From: Dickeya solani IPO 2222
Lineage (GTDB): Bacteria; Pseudomonadota; Gammaproteobacteria; Enterobacterales; Enterobacteriaceae
Assembly (NCBI RefSeq): GCF_001644705.1
Contig: NZ_CP015137.1
Span: 4,020,001 to 4,052,000, forward strand
Reading direction: 5' to 3'
DNA length: 32,000 nt
Shown in pieces: positions 1-9,976 of this stretch. Both the position numbers and the translations under genes were made by a program. The stretch's first letter is position 1; each line of letters begins with the position of its first letter. Under the pieces are notes generated by a model that worked only from the letters and a program-made list of their open reading frames with translations, did no database searches and was not told the DNA's origin.

Positions 1-495
1 CAGAATATCAGTGGTTTTTCCACCATGCTTTGCACGCTGGTTATCTATGAAAGCGCATACATCGCCGAGATCGTCCGCGGCGGCATTCAGGCGTTGCCGC
101 ACGGCCAGTATGAAGCCTCGCGGGCACTGGGGATGAGTTACCTGAAAACCCTGCGATTGGTCGTTTTACCGCAGGCTTTGTTCAATTCTCTGCCAAGCCT
201 GGTGAGCCAACTGGTGTCGATCATCAAAGACAGTACGCTTGGCTACGTCATCAACGTGCCGGAACTGACTTATGCCGCCAATCAGGTTAGCAATCAGCTG
301 TTGACCAAACCATTTCAGGTGTTTGCGATTGTCGCCCTGAGTTATTACATCATCTGTTTTAGTCTGACATGGCTGGCGAATAAGCTTGAAAGCTATATTG
401 CCAACAAACGGCGCAACGAGCGGCCACCACAGGGAGAAGGGCAGAACAGCCCCTTTTTTTTAGCTAACCGCAATCTGAATAAGGAAGCATCATGA
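1..495 (+). CDS. Amino-acid ABC transporter permease, C-terminal part (5' end cut by window edge)
   Basis: The frame of ORF 25..495 stays open back to nt 1 ([13 protein letters not shown]...). It contains a permease EAA-type loop ([23 protein letters not shown]) followed by a hydrophobic helix. Its stop overlaps the next gene's start (ATGA at 492-495). Confidence 0.85.
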   Translation, partial: QNISGFSTMLCTLVIYESAYIAEIVRGGIQALPHGQYEASRALGMSYLKTLRLVVLPQALFNSLPSLVSQLVSIIKDSTLGYVINVPELTYAANQVSNQLLTKPFQVFAIVALSYYIICFSLTWLANKLESYIANKRRNERPPQGEGQNSPFFLANRNLNKEAS

Positions 496-1226
496 TCCCG
501 ATGATTTTGTTTAATCAGGTTAACAAATGGTATGGAGACTACCAGGCGCTGACTGACCTTAGCGCCGAAGTCAACATGGGGGAAGTGGTGGTGGTTTGCG
601 GCCCATCCGGCTCAGGTAAGTCCACACTGATTCGTACGGTCAACCGCCTTGAGCCTATTGAGCAAGGACAGATTCTGTTTGATGGCATGGATATTCACGG
701 CAGCAGTACGCGATTGAATCAGCTACGCACACGGATTGGTTTTGTTTTCCAGAACTTCAATCTGTTCCCGCATGTATCGGTGATGGACAACATCATGATG
801 TCTCCAGTGAAAGTGCTGGGGATCAAGCGTTCCGAAGCACGTAAACATGCCGGTGAATTGCTGGAGCGCGTCGGATTGTCGCACAAAGCCAACGCCTATC
901 CGGCACAGCTTTCAGGCGGCCAGCAACAGCGAGTCGCTATTGCTCGTGCGTTGGCGATGAAGCCGCCGGTCATGTTGTTTGATGAGCCCACATCGGCGCT
1001 GGATCCTGAAATGGTGGGCGAGGTGTTAAACGTGATGCGTTCGCTGGCACAGGAAGGCATGACCATGATGTGTGTTACGCATGAGATGCATTTTGCCCGC
1101 GATGTGGCCGATACCATCTGGTTTATGGATCAAGGGGAAATTCTCGAAAAGGCCAAGCCGGAACAGTTCTTTAGCGCACCGCAGCACCCTCGCGCGCAGC
1201 GTTTCCTGAGTGATTTATTGAATTGA
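492..1226 (+). CDS. Polar amino-acid ABC transporter ATP-binding protein (GlnQ/HisP-like)
   Basis: Walker [13 protein letters not shown] signature LSGGQQQR, Walker [13 protein letters not shown]-loop VTHEM. The 244-aa length is typical, and the gene is translationally coupled to the permease. Confidence 0.95.
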   Translation: MIPMILFNQVNKWYGDYQALTDLSAEVNMGEVVVVCGPSGSGKSTLIRTVNRLEPIEQGQILFDGMDIHGSSTRLNQLRTRIGFVFQNFNLFPHVSVMDNIMMSPVKVLGIKRSEARKHAGELLERVGLSHKANAYPAQLSGGQQQRVAIARALAMKPPVMLFDEPTSALDPEMVGEVLNVMRSLAQEGMTMMCVTHEMHFARDVADTIWFMDQGEILEKAKPEQFFSAPQHPRAQRFLSDLLN

Positions 1227-1272
1227 TGACAAGACCATCAGTCCGTTTCCACCAGGGTAATCCTGGTGGCGA

Positions 1273-1575
1273 TTATGTCAGAGCAGAGTACCCAACGATG
1301 GGGTGGTAGCATCGTGCACTGTCAATTATCGTGCCGCCATCAGGGGTGAGGATGGACAGTTCTTCTGCCTGCTCTGCCAGTTGACGCTTAAGGCGGGCGT
1401 TTTCAGCCACAAGCTCGTTTTCGCGCTCAGACCAGGTCAGTTGCTGCAGTTGCTTGCTGCGCCAGGCATAAAGCTGGGATTCATACAGGCTGAGTTCACG
1501 GGCAGCAGCAGCGACACCAATACACTCAGCCAGTTTCAGGGCTTCATCGCTCAACTCGGACTGAGTTCCCTTCAA
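1273..1575 (-). pseudogene. IS3-family transposase orfA remnant (internal fragment only)
   Basis: The translation contains SDEALKLAECIGVAAAARELSLYESQLYAWRSKQ...ENARLKRQLAEQAEELSIL. From memory this closely matches IS3 InsE/orfA (SEALKLAERIGVTAAARELSLYESQLYNWRSKQ...ARLKRQLAERDEELAIL). The N-terminus is missing, there is no ATG start, and the sequence diverges after ELSIL. No orfB and no terminal inverted repeats are visible. Confidence 0.75.
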
Positions 1576-1758
1576 GTGATCTACTATTTGGCGAAATTAT
1601 TTAGAGTAGACATCTCTTTCTCTTTTCCTTCCCTCTCACTGTGACTGGTGTGCTTTCGTCACCTTCCCAACTTCGCTCGGTTTAATCCCTCTGGATGTTG
1701 AAATCCGGTAACACATGATGTTGCCAAATTGTATGGATTGTCCGTTTTGTGATCCATA

Positions 1759-1790
1759 TTGTAGTACATATAATATAAATGGTACTACAA
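1759..1790. promoter_or_regulatory. dgo promoter -10 element flanked by two inverted GntR/FadR-type operator half-sites (putative DgoR operator)
   Basis: TTGTAGTACA (1759-1768) and TGGTACTACAA (1780-1790) are inverted copies of each other. They bracket TATAAT (1769-1774), about 115-130 bp upstream of dgoR. FadR/GntR operators follow the T.GT...AC.A pattern, and DgoR is reported to bind inverted repeats overlapping its own promoter. Confidence 0.6.
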
Positions 1791-1902
1791 TAAAGCCAGG
1801 AAAAGAGAGACGGGTACGGTTATTGTGCAACAGTTCGACGACGCCAGACGGCACGGCAGGTAAAGTAAGTGCAGTGATATCAATCCGTTTTGTCTCGTTG
1901 AG

Positions 1903-2607
1903 GTGATGATGAATAAGCAGGAATTAAGCAAAACCGACCGCATCATTCTGGATATTGGCCAACAAATCGTTGGTGGGAAATACGCTCCAGGCACGCCGTT
2001 ACCCGCAGAAGCTGAGTTGTGTGAAGAGTTTCAGACCTCGCGCAACATCATTCGCGAAGTGTTCAGAGCGCTGATGGCGAAAAGGCTGGTGGAAGTGAAA
2101 CGGTATCGCGGCGCGTTTGTGGCCCCACGGAATCAGTGGAATTACCTGGATACCGATGTTCTGCAATGGGTTCTGGCAAGTGACTACGACCCGCGTCTGA
2201 TCAGCGCGATGAGCGAGGTTCGTAATCTGGTGGAGCCGACGATTGCCCGCTGGGCCGCCGAACGCGCAACCTCAAGCGAACTGGCGGTGATTGAAGCGGC
2301 GCTGAACGACATGATTTCCAACCATCAGAATCGTGACGCATTTAATGAAGCGGATATTCGCTTCCATGAGGCGGTATTGGCGGCGGTGCACAACCCAGTA
2401 TTACAGCAGTTGAGCGTCGCGATCAGCTCGTTGCAGCGTGCGGTGTTTGAGCGCACCTATATGCCGGACGAAGACAACATGCCACGGACATTGCGTGAGC
2501 ATCAGGATCTCTACGATGCCATTCGGCATCAGGATATTGAAGCAGCAGAGCGGGCGGCGTTGACCATGATCGCCAGCTCGACCAAACGGTTAAAGGACAT
2601 TACATGA
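1903..2607 (+). CDS. dgoR: D-galactonate operon repressor DgoR (GntR/FadR family)
   Basis: Near-collinear match, from memory, to E. coli DgoR (..PLPAEAELCEEF.TSRNIIREVFR.LMAKRL.E.KRYRGAFVAPRNQWNYLDTDVLQWVL..). It is the first gene of the dgoRKADT order. The start is ambiguous: GTG 1903, ATG 1906 or ATG 1909. ATG 1909 has the best spacing to GAGG at 1900-1903. Confidence 0.93.
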   Translation: MMMNKQELSKTDRIILDIGQQIVGGKYAPGTPLPAEAELCEEFQTSRNIIREVFRALMAKRLVEVKRYRGAFVAPRNQWNYLDTDVLQWVLASDYDPRLISAMSEVRNLVEPTIARWAAERATSSELAVIEAALNDMISNHQNRDAFNEADIRFHEAVLAAVHNPVLQQLSVAISSLQRAVFERTYMPDEDNMPRTLREHQDLYDAIRHQDIEAAERAALTMIASSTKRLKDIT

Positions 2608-3500
2608 GTGAAAGCTATATCGCCGTTGACTGGGGTTCGACCAACCTGCGGGCGTGGCTGTATCTGGACGGCGTCTGTATCGACAGCGTGAAATCTGAAG
2701 CGGGCGTCACGCGTTTGAACGGTCATACGCCGCAGCAGGTTTTTCAGCAGATCGTTGCGCCGTGGCGGCAGCACAACGTGCCTGTCGTAATGGCTGGCAT
2801 GATTGGCAGCAATGCCGGCTGGCTTTCCGTGCCTTATTTGTCATGCCCAACTCGCCTGACGGATGTCGCCCATCGCCTGACGCGCGTGGAGGAAGCCCAG
2901 CCGCTGGCCGTCTGGATCGTGCCGGGGTTGAGTATTGCGCAGGACGATAACTGCAATGTGATTCGCGGTGAAGAAACCCAGCTGATTGGCGCGTATAGCG
3001 AATGTCCTTCCTCTCTTTATTTGATGCCGGGAACCCACTCGAAATGGGTGCGGGCCGATGACAGCACCGTGCTGGATTTCCGCACGGTGATGACCGGTGA
3101 ACTGCACCACCTGCTGATGACGCAGTCGTTAATTGGCGTGGGACTGACCGAACAGCAGCCGTCTCCCGATGCTTTCCAGCAAGGACTGGAGCTAGGCTTT
3201 GCCGACGACAACATTATCCGCTGCCTGTTTGAAACCCGCGCGGCGCATGTGCTGGGGCGTTTGGAGAAAAATGCGGTTAGCGACTGGCTGTCCGGGTTGC
3301 TGATTGGCAACGAAGTCTCACAAATGCAGCGTCATTATCAGGTAGCGGCGGGAGACACCATCACATTAATCGGCTCCCCTGCGCTGACGGCGCGCTACGA
3401 AAAAGCATTACAACAAGCTGGATTGCGCTTGCAGCAGCTGGATGGCGATCGGGCTTTTCAGGCAGGAATAAGGAGCATTGTTAATGAGCTGGAATACTAA
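2604..3500 (+). CDS. dgoK: 2-dehydro-3-deoxygalactonokinase
   Basis: Its position between dgoR and dgoA, and an ATGA start/stop overlap with dgoR. The N-terminal IAVDWGSTNLRAW is an ASKHA/sugar-kinase phosphate-1 motif, and the 298-aa length is typical of DgoK. Confidence 0.9.
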   Translation: MSESYIAVDWGSTNLRAWLYLDGVCIDSVKSEAGVTRLNGHTPQQVFQQIVAPWRQHNVPVVMAGMIGSNAGWLSVPYLSCPTRLTDVAHRLTRVEEAQPLAVWIVPGLSIAQDDNCNVIRGEETQLIGAYSECPSSLYLMPGTHSKWVRADDSTVLDFRTVMTGELHHLLMTQSLIGVGLTEQQPSPDAFQQGLELGFADDNIIRCLFETRAAHVLGRLEKNAVSDWLSGLLIGNEVSQMQRHYQVAAGDTITLIGSPALTARYEKALQQAGLRLQQLDGDRAFQAGIRSIVNELEY

Positions 3501-4101
3501 TCTTCCCTTGATTGCGATTCTGCGCGGTATCACGCCGGATGAGGTGCTGGAACATGTCGCGGCGCTACTGGAAGCAGGATTTGATGCGGTGGAGATCCCG
3601 CTGAATTCGCCGAACCCGTATGAAAGTATTCAACTGGCGGTGGAACATTTTGGCGATCGCGCCCTAATTGGTGCAGGTACGGTATTGAAAGCCGAGTATG
3701 TCGACAAATTACAGGAAATTGGCAATAAGTTAGTAGTCACTCCTAACATTTCACCCGAGGTGATTCGCCGGGCGGTGGGATACGGCATGATGGTGTGCCC
3801 AGGCTGCGCTACCGCGACGGAAGCCTTTACGGCGCTGGATGCGGGAGCGCAATCTCTGAAGATTTTCCCGTCATCCACGTTTGGGCCGGGCTACATCAGG
3901 TCGCTGAAAGCGGTATTGCCAAAAGACGTTCCCGTCTTTGCCGTCGGTGGCATCACGCCAGAAAACCTGAAGGATTACCTTAGTGCGGGCTGCATCGGTG
4001 CCGGATTAGGCAGCGATCTGTATCGAGCCGGTCAGTCGATTGACGTTACCGCGCAAAAAGCACATGCATTTGTTAACGCCTATAAGGACGCTGTTCAATG
4101 A
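3484..4101 (+). CDS. dgoA: 2-dehydro-3-deoxy-6-phosphogalactonate aldolase
   Basis: [20 protein letters not shown]...GAGTVLK...VTPN...[24 protein letters not shown] matches E. coli DgoA (KDPG/KHG aldolase family) from memory. ATG 3484 lies 8 nt after AGGAG (3471-3475). The ORF-track start at 3478 is a TTG. Confidence 0.92.
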   Translation: MSWNTNLPLIAILRGITPDEVLEHVAALLEAGFDAVEIPLNSPNPYESIQLAVEHFGDRALIGAGTVLKAEYVDKLQEIGNKLVVTPNISPEVIRRAVGYGMMVCPGCATATEAFTALDAGAQSLKIFPSSTFGPGYIRSLKAVLPKDVPVFAVGGITPENLKDYLSAGCIGAGLGSDLYRAGQSIDVTAQKAHAFVNAYKDAVQ

Positions 4102-5246
4102 AAATTACCAAAATCACAACGTACCGGCTGCCGCCACGCTGGATGTTCCTGAAGATTGAAACCGATGAAGGCATTGTCGGCTGGGGCGAACCGGTTATTG
4201 AAGGCCGTGCACGTACTGTTGAAGCCGCCGTTCATGAGTTGTCTGATTATTTAATCGGGCAAGACCCGGCACGTATCAATGATATCTGGCAGGTGCTTTA
4301 CCGCGCGGGCTTCTACCGCGGCGGCCCGATCCTGATGAGCGCTATCGCCGGTATCGATCAGGCGTTGTGGGACATCAAAGGCAAGGTGCTGGGTGTACCG
4401 GTTTATCAGTTACTGGGTGGGCTGGTGCGCGATAAGATCAAGGCCTACAGCTGGGTTGGCGGCGATCGTCCTTCCGAAGTGATCGCGGGCATCAAGAAGT
4501 TGACCGACATTGGCTTCGATACCTTCAAGCTGAACGGCTGTGAAGAGATGGGCATCATTGATAACTCGCGCAAAGTGGATGCGGCGGTGGCCGTGGTCGC
4601 GGAAATCCGTGAAGCCTTTGGTAACAGCATCGAATTCGGTCTGGATTTCCACGGTCGTGTGGATGCGCCGATGGCGAAAATCCTGATCAAAGAGCTGGAG
4701 CCGTACCGTCCGCTGTTTATTGAAGAGCCGGTGCTGGCTGAACAGGCGGAATACTATCCTCGTCTGGCGGCGCAAACCCATCTGCCGATTGCGGCGGGCG
4801 AGCGTATGTTCTCACGCTTTGATTTTAAACGCGTACTGGCCGACGGTGGACTGGCAATTATTCAGCCTGACCTGTCTCACGCGGGCGGTATTACCGAGTG
4901 CTTTAAAATTGCTGCAATGGCTGAATCCTATGATGTCGCGCTGGCACCGCACTGCCCATTAGGCCCAATTGCACTGGCCTCCTGTTTGCATCTCGACTTT
5001 GTGGCGCGTAATGCCGTATTCCAGGAGCAAAGTATGGGCATCCATTATAATAAAGGTGCCGAGTTGTTGGATTATGTCGTCAATAAAAAAGACTTTGCCA
5101 TGACTGACGGCCATTTCTATCCGTTGAATAAACCTGGTCTCGGTGTTGAAATTAATGAAGAGTTAGTCATCGAACGTAGTAAAAATGCGCCAGACTGGCG
5201 TAACCCGGTGTGGCGTTATCCTGACGGTGCCGTCGCTGAGTGGTAA
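4098..5246 (+). CDS. dgoD: D-galactonate dehydratase (enolase superfamily)
   Basis: [47 protein letters not shown] is nearly identical to E. coli DgoD as I remember it. The protein is 382 aa, and ATGA overlaps dgoA. Confidence 0.96.
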   Translation: MKITKITTYRLPPRWMFLKIETDEGIVGWGEPVIEGRARTVEAAVHELSDYLIGQDPARINDIWQVLYRAGFYRGGPILMSAIAGIDQALWDIKGKVLGVPVYQLLGGLVRDKIKAYSWVGGDRPSEVIAGIKKLTDIGFDTFKLNGCEEMGIIDNSRKVDAAVAVVAEIREAFGNSIEFGLDFHGRVDAPMAKILIKELEPYRPLFIEEPVLAEQAEYYPRLAAQTHLPIAAGERMFSRFDFKRVLADGGLAIIQPDLSHAGGITECFKIAAMAESYDVALAPHCPLGPIALASCLHLDFVARNAVFQEQSMGIHYNKGAELLDYVVNKKDFAMTDGHFYPLNKPGLGVEINEELVIERSKNAPDWRNPVWRYPDGAVAEW

Positions 5247-5599
5247 TGATTTTACTAAATACAATTTGTTAGTTGTTAAATAACAGGTAATACATAACGT
5301 ATTTCCCCAGCTCGATGGAATAAGATAATCATGGATTATCACGAAATACATTGTTTCGTGAGAGATTGCTGTTTTATTTTGTTTGAAGTGGGGAAATAAA
5401 TTTTTCACTTATCATGAGTACGCCAACACCAGGATTATTAAAAATCAAACGCCATTATCAACATGAGAATATATTGAATTTTTGCGGTTGTTTATTTTGT
5501 CAGGAAAAATAAAACATACCCACCACTGGTATTGTTGAACGTTCGAAAATAGCGGGCGATAAGTATTGTTGTCCGTTTAATAAATAACAGGAACATAAG

Positions 5600-6889
5600 A
5601 TGGATATGACACTAACTACCCGTCCTACGAAACGGCGTTATTTCACCTTGTTGATGATTTTTATTACTGTCGTGATCTGTTATGTGGATCGGGCCAACCT
5701 GGCTGTGGCGTCGGCACATATTCAGAAAGAGTTCGGCATTACAAAAACACAAATGGGCTACATCTTTTCCGCGTTTGCCTGGACCTATACGCTATGCCAA
5801 ATACCCGGCGGCTGGTTTCTTGACCGCGTCGGCTCAAAGGTCACCTATTTTATCGCCATCATGGGATGGTCGATTGCCACGTTACTGCAAGGTTTCGCCA
5901 CGGGGCTGGCGTCGTTGATTGGTTTGCGCGCTGTGACCGGGTTGTTTGAAGCGCCTGCGTTTCCGACGAATAACCGTATGGTGACCAGTTGGTTCCCTGA
6001 GCAAGAACGTGCTTCCGCCGTTGGATTTTATACGTCAGGACAGTTTGTTGGTCTGGCATTCCTTACGCCATTGCTCATCTGGCTGCAGGAAATCCTGAGC
6101 TGGCACTGGGTATTCATTGTCACCGGCGGCATCGGTATTGTCTGGGCAATTATCTGGCACTTTGTTTATCAGCCACCGAAGAAAAGTAAAGGGATCAATC
6201 AGGCCGAGCTGAATTACATTGCTGAAGGCGGCGGTATCGTCGATGGTGATGCGCCGATCGAGAAGAAAGCGCGTACGCCGTTGACGGCAGCCGATTGGAA
6301 ACTGGTGTTTAACCGCAAGCTGGTGGGCGTGTATATCGGGCAGTTTGCCGTAACCTCTACGCTGTGGTTCTTTCTGACGTGGTTCCCTAACTACCTGACA
6401 CAGGAAAAGCATATTAGCACACTGACGGCAGGCTTTATGACGACGGTGCCTTTCCTGGCGGCGTTCGTTGGCGTCTTGCTGTCCGGGTTTGTGGCGGACC
6501 GTCTGGTGCGCAGCGGAAAATCGATCGGTCTGGCGCGTAAAACGCCGATTATCTGTGGCCTGTTGATTTCAACCTGCATCATGGGGGCGAACTACACCAA
6601 CGATCCGGTGTGGATTATGGCGTTGATGGCGCTGGCGTTCTTTGGCAATGGCTTTGCCTCCATCACCTGGTCACTGGTGTCGTCGCTGGCGCCGATTCGC
6701 CTGATTGGTCTGACGGGCGGGGTATTCAACTTTGTCGGTGGTCTGGGGGGTATCACGGTGCCATTGATAATTGGCTATCTGGCGCAGGATTACGGTTTTG
6801 CCCCGGCTCTGACCTACATTGCTTGCGTGGCGCTGGTTGGCGCGTTGTCTTACATCTTACTGGTAGGTGAAGTGAAGCGTGTAGGGTAA
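5600..6889 (+). CDS. dgoT: D-galactonate:H+ symporter (MFS, anion:cation symporter family)
   Basis: [35 protein letters not shown] and the whole length are collinear with E. coli DgoT from memory. The protein is 429 aa and hydrophobic throughout. Confidence 0.94.
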   Translation: MDMTLTTRPTKRRYFTLLMIFITVVICYVDRANLAVASAHIQKEFGITKTQMGYIFSAFAWTYTLCQIPGGWFLDRVGSKVTYFIAIMGWSIATLLQGFATGLASLIGLRAVTGLFEAPAFPTNNRMVTSWFPEQERASAVGFYTSGQFVGLAFLTPLLIWLQEILSWHWVFIVTGGIGIVWAIIWHFVYQPPKKSKGINQAELNYIAEGGGIVDGDAPIEKKARTPLTAADWKLVFNRKLVGVYIGQFAVTSTLWFFLTWFPNYLTQEKHISTLTAGFMTTVPFLAAFVGVLLSGFVADRLVRSGKSIGLARKTPIICGLLISTCIMGANYTNDPVWIMALMALAFFGNGFASITWSLVSSLAPIRLIGLTGGVFNFVGGLGGITVPLIIGYLAQDYGFAPALTYIACVALVGALSYILLVGEVKRVG

Positions 6890-6935
6890 CTCTCGTACTC
6901 TCGCGTACGGTAGGGTTTCGGCAAAAGCCATAAAA

Positions 6936-6971
6936 AAACGGACTTTGCTCTCGAGTGAGAAAAGTCCGTTT
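6936..6971. terminator. Bidirectional rho-independent terminator between convergent dgoT and the LysR gene
   Basis: AAACGGACTTT (6936-6946) pairs with AAAGTCCGTTT (6961-6971). A-runs precede the hairpin and T-runs follow it, so it has a U-tract in either orientation. Confidence 0.7.
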
Positions 6972-7024
6972 AATTATCAGCCCTAAAATTTACTAATGAT
7001 TCAGATATATTCGCTATCTCAGGC

Positions 7025-7927
7025 TCATTTCATTGAGTTGTAAACTTTGAATGCGGGATTTTTTTCAAAAATTTCAGCAACAAAATCCATGAACACAATC
7101 GCCCGTTTTGGTAAAAGTCGATTAGCAACATAAACGGCTTGAATGGGAACGGGCGGTGCAGTGTAATCAGTCAGCAATAATTGTAAGTTGCCATTTTCCA
7201 GTCCCTCCTCGAACAGCCATTCTGGGCCCTGTGCGATCCCAACCCCTGCATTGACAAATTTCTGTACTGCTTCTGGTGAATTGACCCTGAGCCGACCAGA
7301 AATAGGAACATTGATATCCTGAAATCTCCAGGTAGCTCCTGTTGTTAGCAAGGTATAGATCAAACAATCATGTTTTTTTAAATCCTCTGGGGTATTAGGG
7401 GTTCCGTGTTTAGCTAAGTACTTGTTACTGGCAACACAGACTCGCTCATACATGCCAAGTCTGCGGGCACGCATAGCACTGTCCTCCAGGTGTCCAATGC
7501 GGATTGCCAGCTCAGCCCCTTCATCAACGAGATTGATATAGCGGTCATTAATCTGTAGCTCGAGTGTTAACTCAGGGTAGCGTTCTAAAAAATCTGGGAT
7601 GTACGGGACTAAGAATGTGTGAGCCAATGCTGTGGGGCAAGCAACGCGTAATAGCCCTGTGGGTGTAACATTTTCTCTGAAAGAAGACTCTGACTCTTCG
7701 ACGGCTTCCAGAATACGCCTTGCTTCCAAATAATAACGTTCTCCTTCAGGAGTTAGGGAAAGCTTGCGGGTTGATCTGTGGAGTAATCTGGTCTGCAAAT
7801 GCTCTTCGAGGGTTGCAACATGACGACTCACGTTCGGTTGCCCTAAGCCTAAATCCCTACCGGCTGCTGAAAAGCTGCCTGTTTCAGCGGTACGGACAAA
7901 GCATGTCATCAAAAGTAATCTATCCAT
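7025..7927 (-). CDS. LysR-family transcriptional regulator
   Basis: N-terminal wHTH (MDRLLLMTCFVRTAETGSFSAAGRDLGLGQPNVSRHVATLEEHLQTRLLHRSTRKLSLTPEG) and a ~300-aa length. It is divergent from the SDR gene. The alternative ATG at 7939 adds 4 codons. Confidence 0.9.
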   Translation of the reverse strand: MDRLLLMTCFVRTAETGSFSAAGRDLGLGQPNVSRHVATLEEHLQTRLLHRSTRKLSLTPEGERYYLEARRILEAVEESESSFRENVTPTGLLRVACPTALAHTFLVPYIPDFLERYPELTLELQINDRYINLVDEGAELAIRIGHLEDSAMRARRLGMYERVCVASNKYLAKHGTPNTPEDLKKHDCLIYTLLTTGATWRFQDINVPISGRLRVNSPEAVQKFVNAGVGIAQGPEWLFEEGLENGNLQLLLTDYTAPPVPIQAVYVANRLLPKRAIVFMDFVAEIFEKNPAFKVYNSMK

Positions 7928-8064
7928 CCTAAAATCCATTCATGCTTTTAATGCATGGAACATATTTAAAAACACAATCTTATCACCATGTGAGCATGAA
8001 ATTATAGTGACTATCAAATCGGTCATTCGCCGATTAGTTGTTAAAACTAACAGGAGATTTTTAC

Positions 8065-8811
8065 ATGTCTAGATTACAAGGTAAACGCGCACTGATTACG
8101 GGTGGAACAAGTGGTATTGGTCTTGAAACAGCGAAGCTGTTTGTTGCAGAAGGTGCACGCGTAATTGTTACTGGTGTTAACCCTGATTCTATCGCAAAGG
8201 CGAAAGTAGAACTTGGTAATGATGTGTTAGTCGTGAGCGCTGATTCCGCTGATGTGAATGCACAGAAAGCTCTGGCTCAAACGGTTAAGGAACACTTTGG
8301 TGAACTGGATATCGCTTTCCTGAATGCTGGTATATCAATGTATATGCCAATCGAGGTATGGACAGAAGAGATGTTCGACCGTATTTATGATATCAACGTT
8401 AAAGGTCCTTACTTCCTAATGCAGGCACTGCTGCCAGTGTTCGCAAGCTCTGCATCAGTGGTCTTTAATACATCTATAAATGCTCACACCGGACCTGAGA
8501 ACTCTTCCGTTTATGGCTCAACCAAAGCGGCATTGCTGAACATGTCAAAAACACTTTCTAACGAGTTACTTTCTCGTGGAATTCGTATCAACGCAGTGAG
8601 CCCAGGCCCAGTTGACACACCGCTTTACGATAAGGCGGGGATTCCAGTGGAATATCATGATCAAGTGATGAAAGATATCGTTGCAACCATCCCTGCAGGT
8701 CGTTTTGGTAAGCCTCAAGAAGTAGCGCAAGCGGTACTTTACTTCGCATCTGATGAGTCTGCCTGGACCGTGGGTTCAGAAATCATCATCGACGGCGGCG
8801 TTTCAATCTAA
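8065..8811 (+). CDS. Short-chain dehydrogenase/reductase (classical SDR)
   Basis: TGGTSGIG cofactor motif, NAG, and catalytic YGSTK (YxxxK). ATG 8065 is preceded by CAGGAGA. The ORF-track start at 8038 is a TTG. Confidence 0.9.
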   Translation: MSRLQGKRALITGGTSGIGLETAKLFVAEGARVIVTGVNPDSIAKAKVELGNDVLVVSADSADVNAQKALAQTVKEHFGELDIAFLNAGISMYMPIEVWTEEMFDRIYDINVKGPYFLMQALLPVFASSASVVFNTSINAHTGPENSSVYGSTKAALLNMSKTLSNELLSRGIRINAVSPGPVDTPLYDKAGIPVEYHDQVMKDIVATIPAGRFGKPQEVAQAVLYFASDESAWTVGSEIIIDGGVSI

Positions 8812-8840
8812 TCCACCAAAATAAGATTTACTGTTCATCA

Positions 8841-8868
8841 AGCCCGCCACCTTTTATGGCGGCGGGCT
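8841..8868 (+). terminator. Rho-independent terminator after the SDR gene
   Basis: AGCCCGCCACC / GGCGGCGGGCT stem with one mismatch and a TTTTAT loop, followed by the T-rich ATCATTTTAT. Confidence 0.6.
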
Positions 8869-8890
8869 ATCATTTTATCTGGAGTTTGAG

Positions 8891-9565
8891 ATGTCTATCC
8901 ATGACCTAACACTTATTAGCCACCCACTATGTCCCTTTGTGCAGCGTTCAGCGATCGTTCTTCTCGAAAAAAATGTGCCATTTGAACGCGTAAATGTAGA
9001 CCTATCGGCGAAGCCTGATTGGTTTCTTGCTCTGTCACCCACTGGCAAGGTGCCGCTACTTAAAGTGCGTCAGGCAAACGGCGAAGATGCCATTATTTTC
9101 GAGAGCATGGTGATCTGCGAGTACCTTAATGAAACGCAAGACGGTGATTCGATGTATGCTGACGATGCATTAGTAAGAGCCAGACAGCGCGCATGGATCG
9201 AGTTCTCTACATCAATGCTTGGAAATGCATGGCAATTTTTAAATGCGACTGATCAGGCCATTGCAGACAGCAAACGCGCGGTGTTCCGTGAACAACTTGA
9301 ACGTATTGAATCTGAATTGAGCTTAGGGCCTTATTTCTCTGGTGCCGAATTCACTATGGTTGATGCGGCCTACGCGCCTATTTTCCGTTACTTCTCCATC
9401 ATCGACGCATCAGTATCTGAGGCGATTTTTGAGGGATTTCCGCGTGCTTCCGCATGGAACGCTGCACTTGCGGAAAGGGAAAGCGTAAAAGCCGCTGTAT
9501 CATCAGATTATGCAGAACTTTTCCAAAATCATCTTCGTCAGCATTCTGCAATTCTCGCTGCTTGA
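8891..9565 (+). CDS. Glutathione S-transferase family protein
   Basis: N-terminal thioredoxin-like GST fold with a Cys-type active site (ISHPLCPFVQRSAIVLLEKNVPFE...GKVPLL...ESMVICEYL). An all-helical C-terminal domain follows. GGAG lies 7 nt upstream of the ATG. Confidence 0.85.
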   Translation: MSIHDLTLISHPLCPFVQRSAIVLLEKNVPFERVNVDLSAKPDWFLALSPTGKVPLLKVRQANGEDAIIFESMVICEYLNETQDGDSMYADDALVRARQRAWIEFSTSMLGNAWQFLNATDQAIADSKRAVFREQLERIESELSLGPYFSGAEFTMVDAAYAPIFRYFSIIDASVSEAIFEGFPRASAWNAALAERESVKAAVSSDYAELFQNHLRQHSAILAA

Positions 9566-9703
9566 AGATATTAACTGGGCAACCGCTGTGTACATATAAA
9601 TTCGGCAAGTTGCCCAAACGCATTTTTCAGTTGGAGATTAATCATTAGCAACCAAACCGCCGAAAATAGTACCAAGAATGCTTTAATACTCATTGAATAT
9701 TAA

Positions 9704-9856
9704 AATGACTGGCTTTCCCCCACTGGCGGAATCAATCCGACGTTTCAAGATCGTGAACAACTATCAACTGCCGTGGAAAACTCCCGCAAGGTGCTGGCAG
9801 AAGCTCGTCAGCGCGGCGTCGAAGTGATTCACGGCACTATGGTGTGTACTAAATAG
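9704..9856 (+). pseudogene. Short fragment resembling an isochorismatase/cysteine-hydrolase family gene
   Basis: This is a 50-codon open frame without a start codon (NDWLSPTGGINPTFQDREQLSTAVENSRKVLAEARQRGVEVIHGTMVCTK*). The ...LL..AR..GV.VIH segment resembles the beta2/alpha2 region of isochorismatase-family proteins. The rest of the gene is absent. Confidence 0.3.
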
Positions 9857-9976
9857 CTATTTAGCAAAACCCTGAAAAAATTATGCCCAGGTGATAGTCC
9901 GCCATGCCGGGAGATATCCGCAGGGTGCGGTTTTTAATGTTGTCAGGATAGTATTTCCCCCGCTAATTTATTCCTT

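Noticed and set aside
2529-6582. Antisense or overlapping ORFs inside the dgo genes (for example 2529..2774-, 2841..3110-, 3017..3310-, 4410..4781-, 6035..6412-)
   Set aside because: Each lies entirely within a strongly supported dgo gene on the other strand or in another frame. They are typical shadow ORFs of GC-rich coding sequence.
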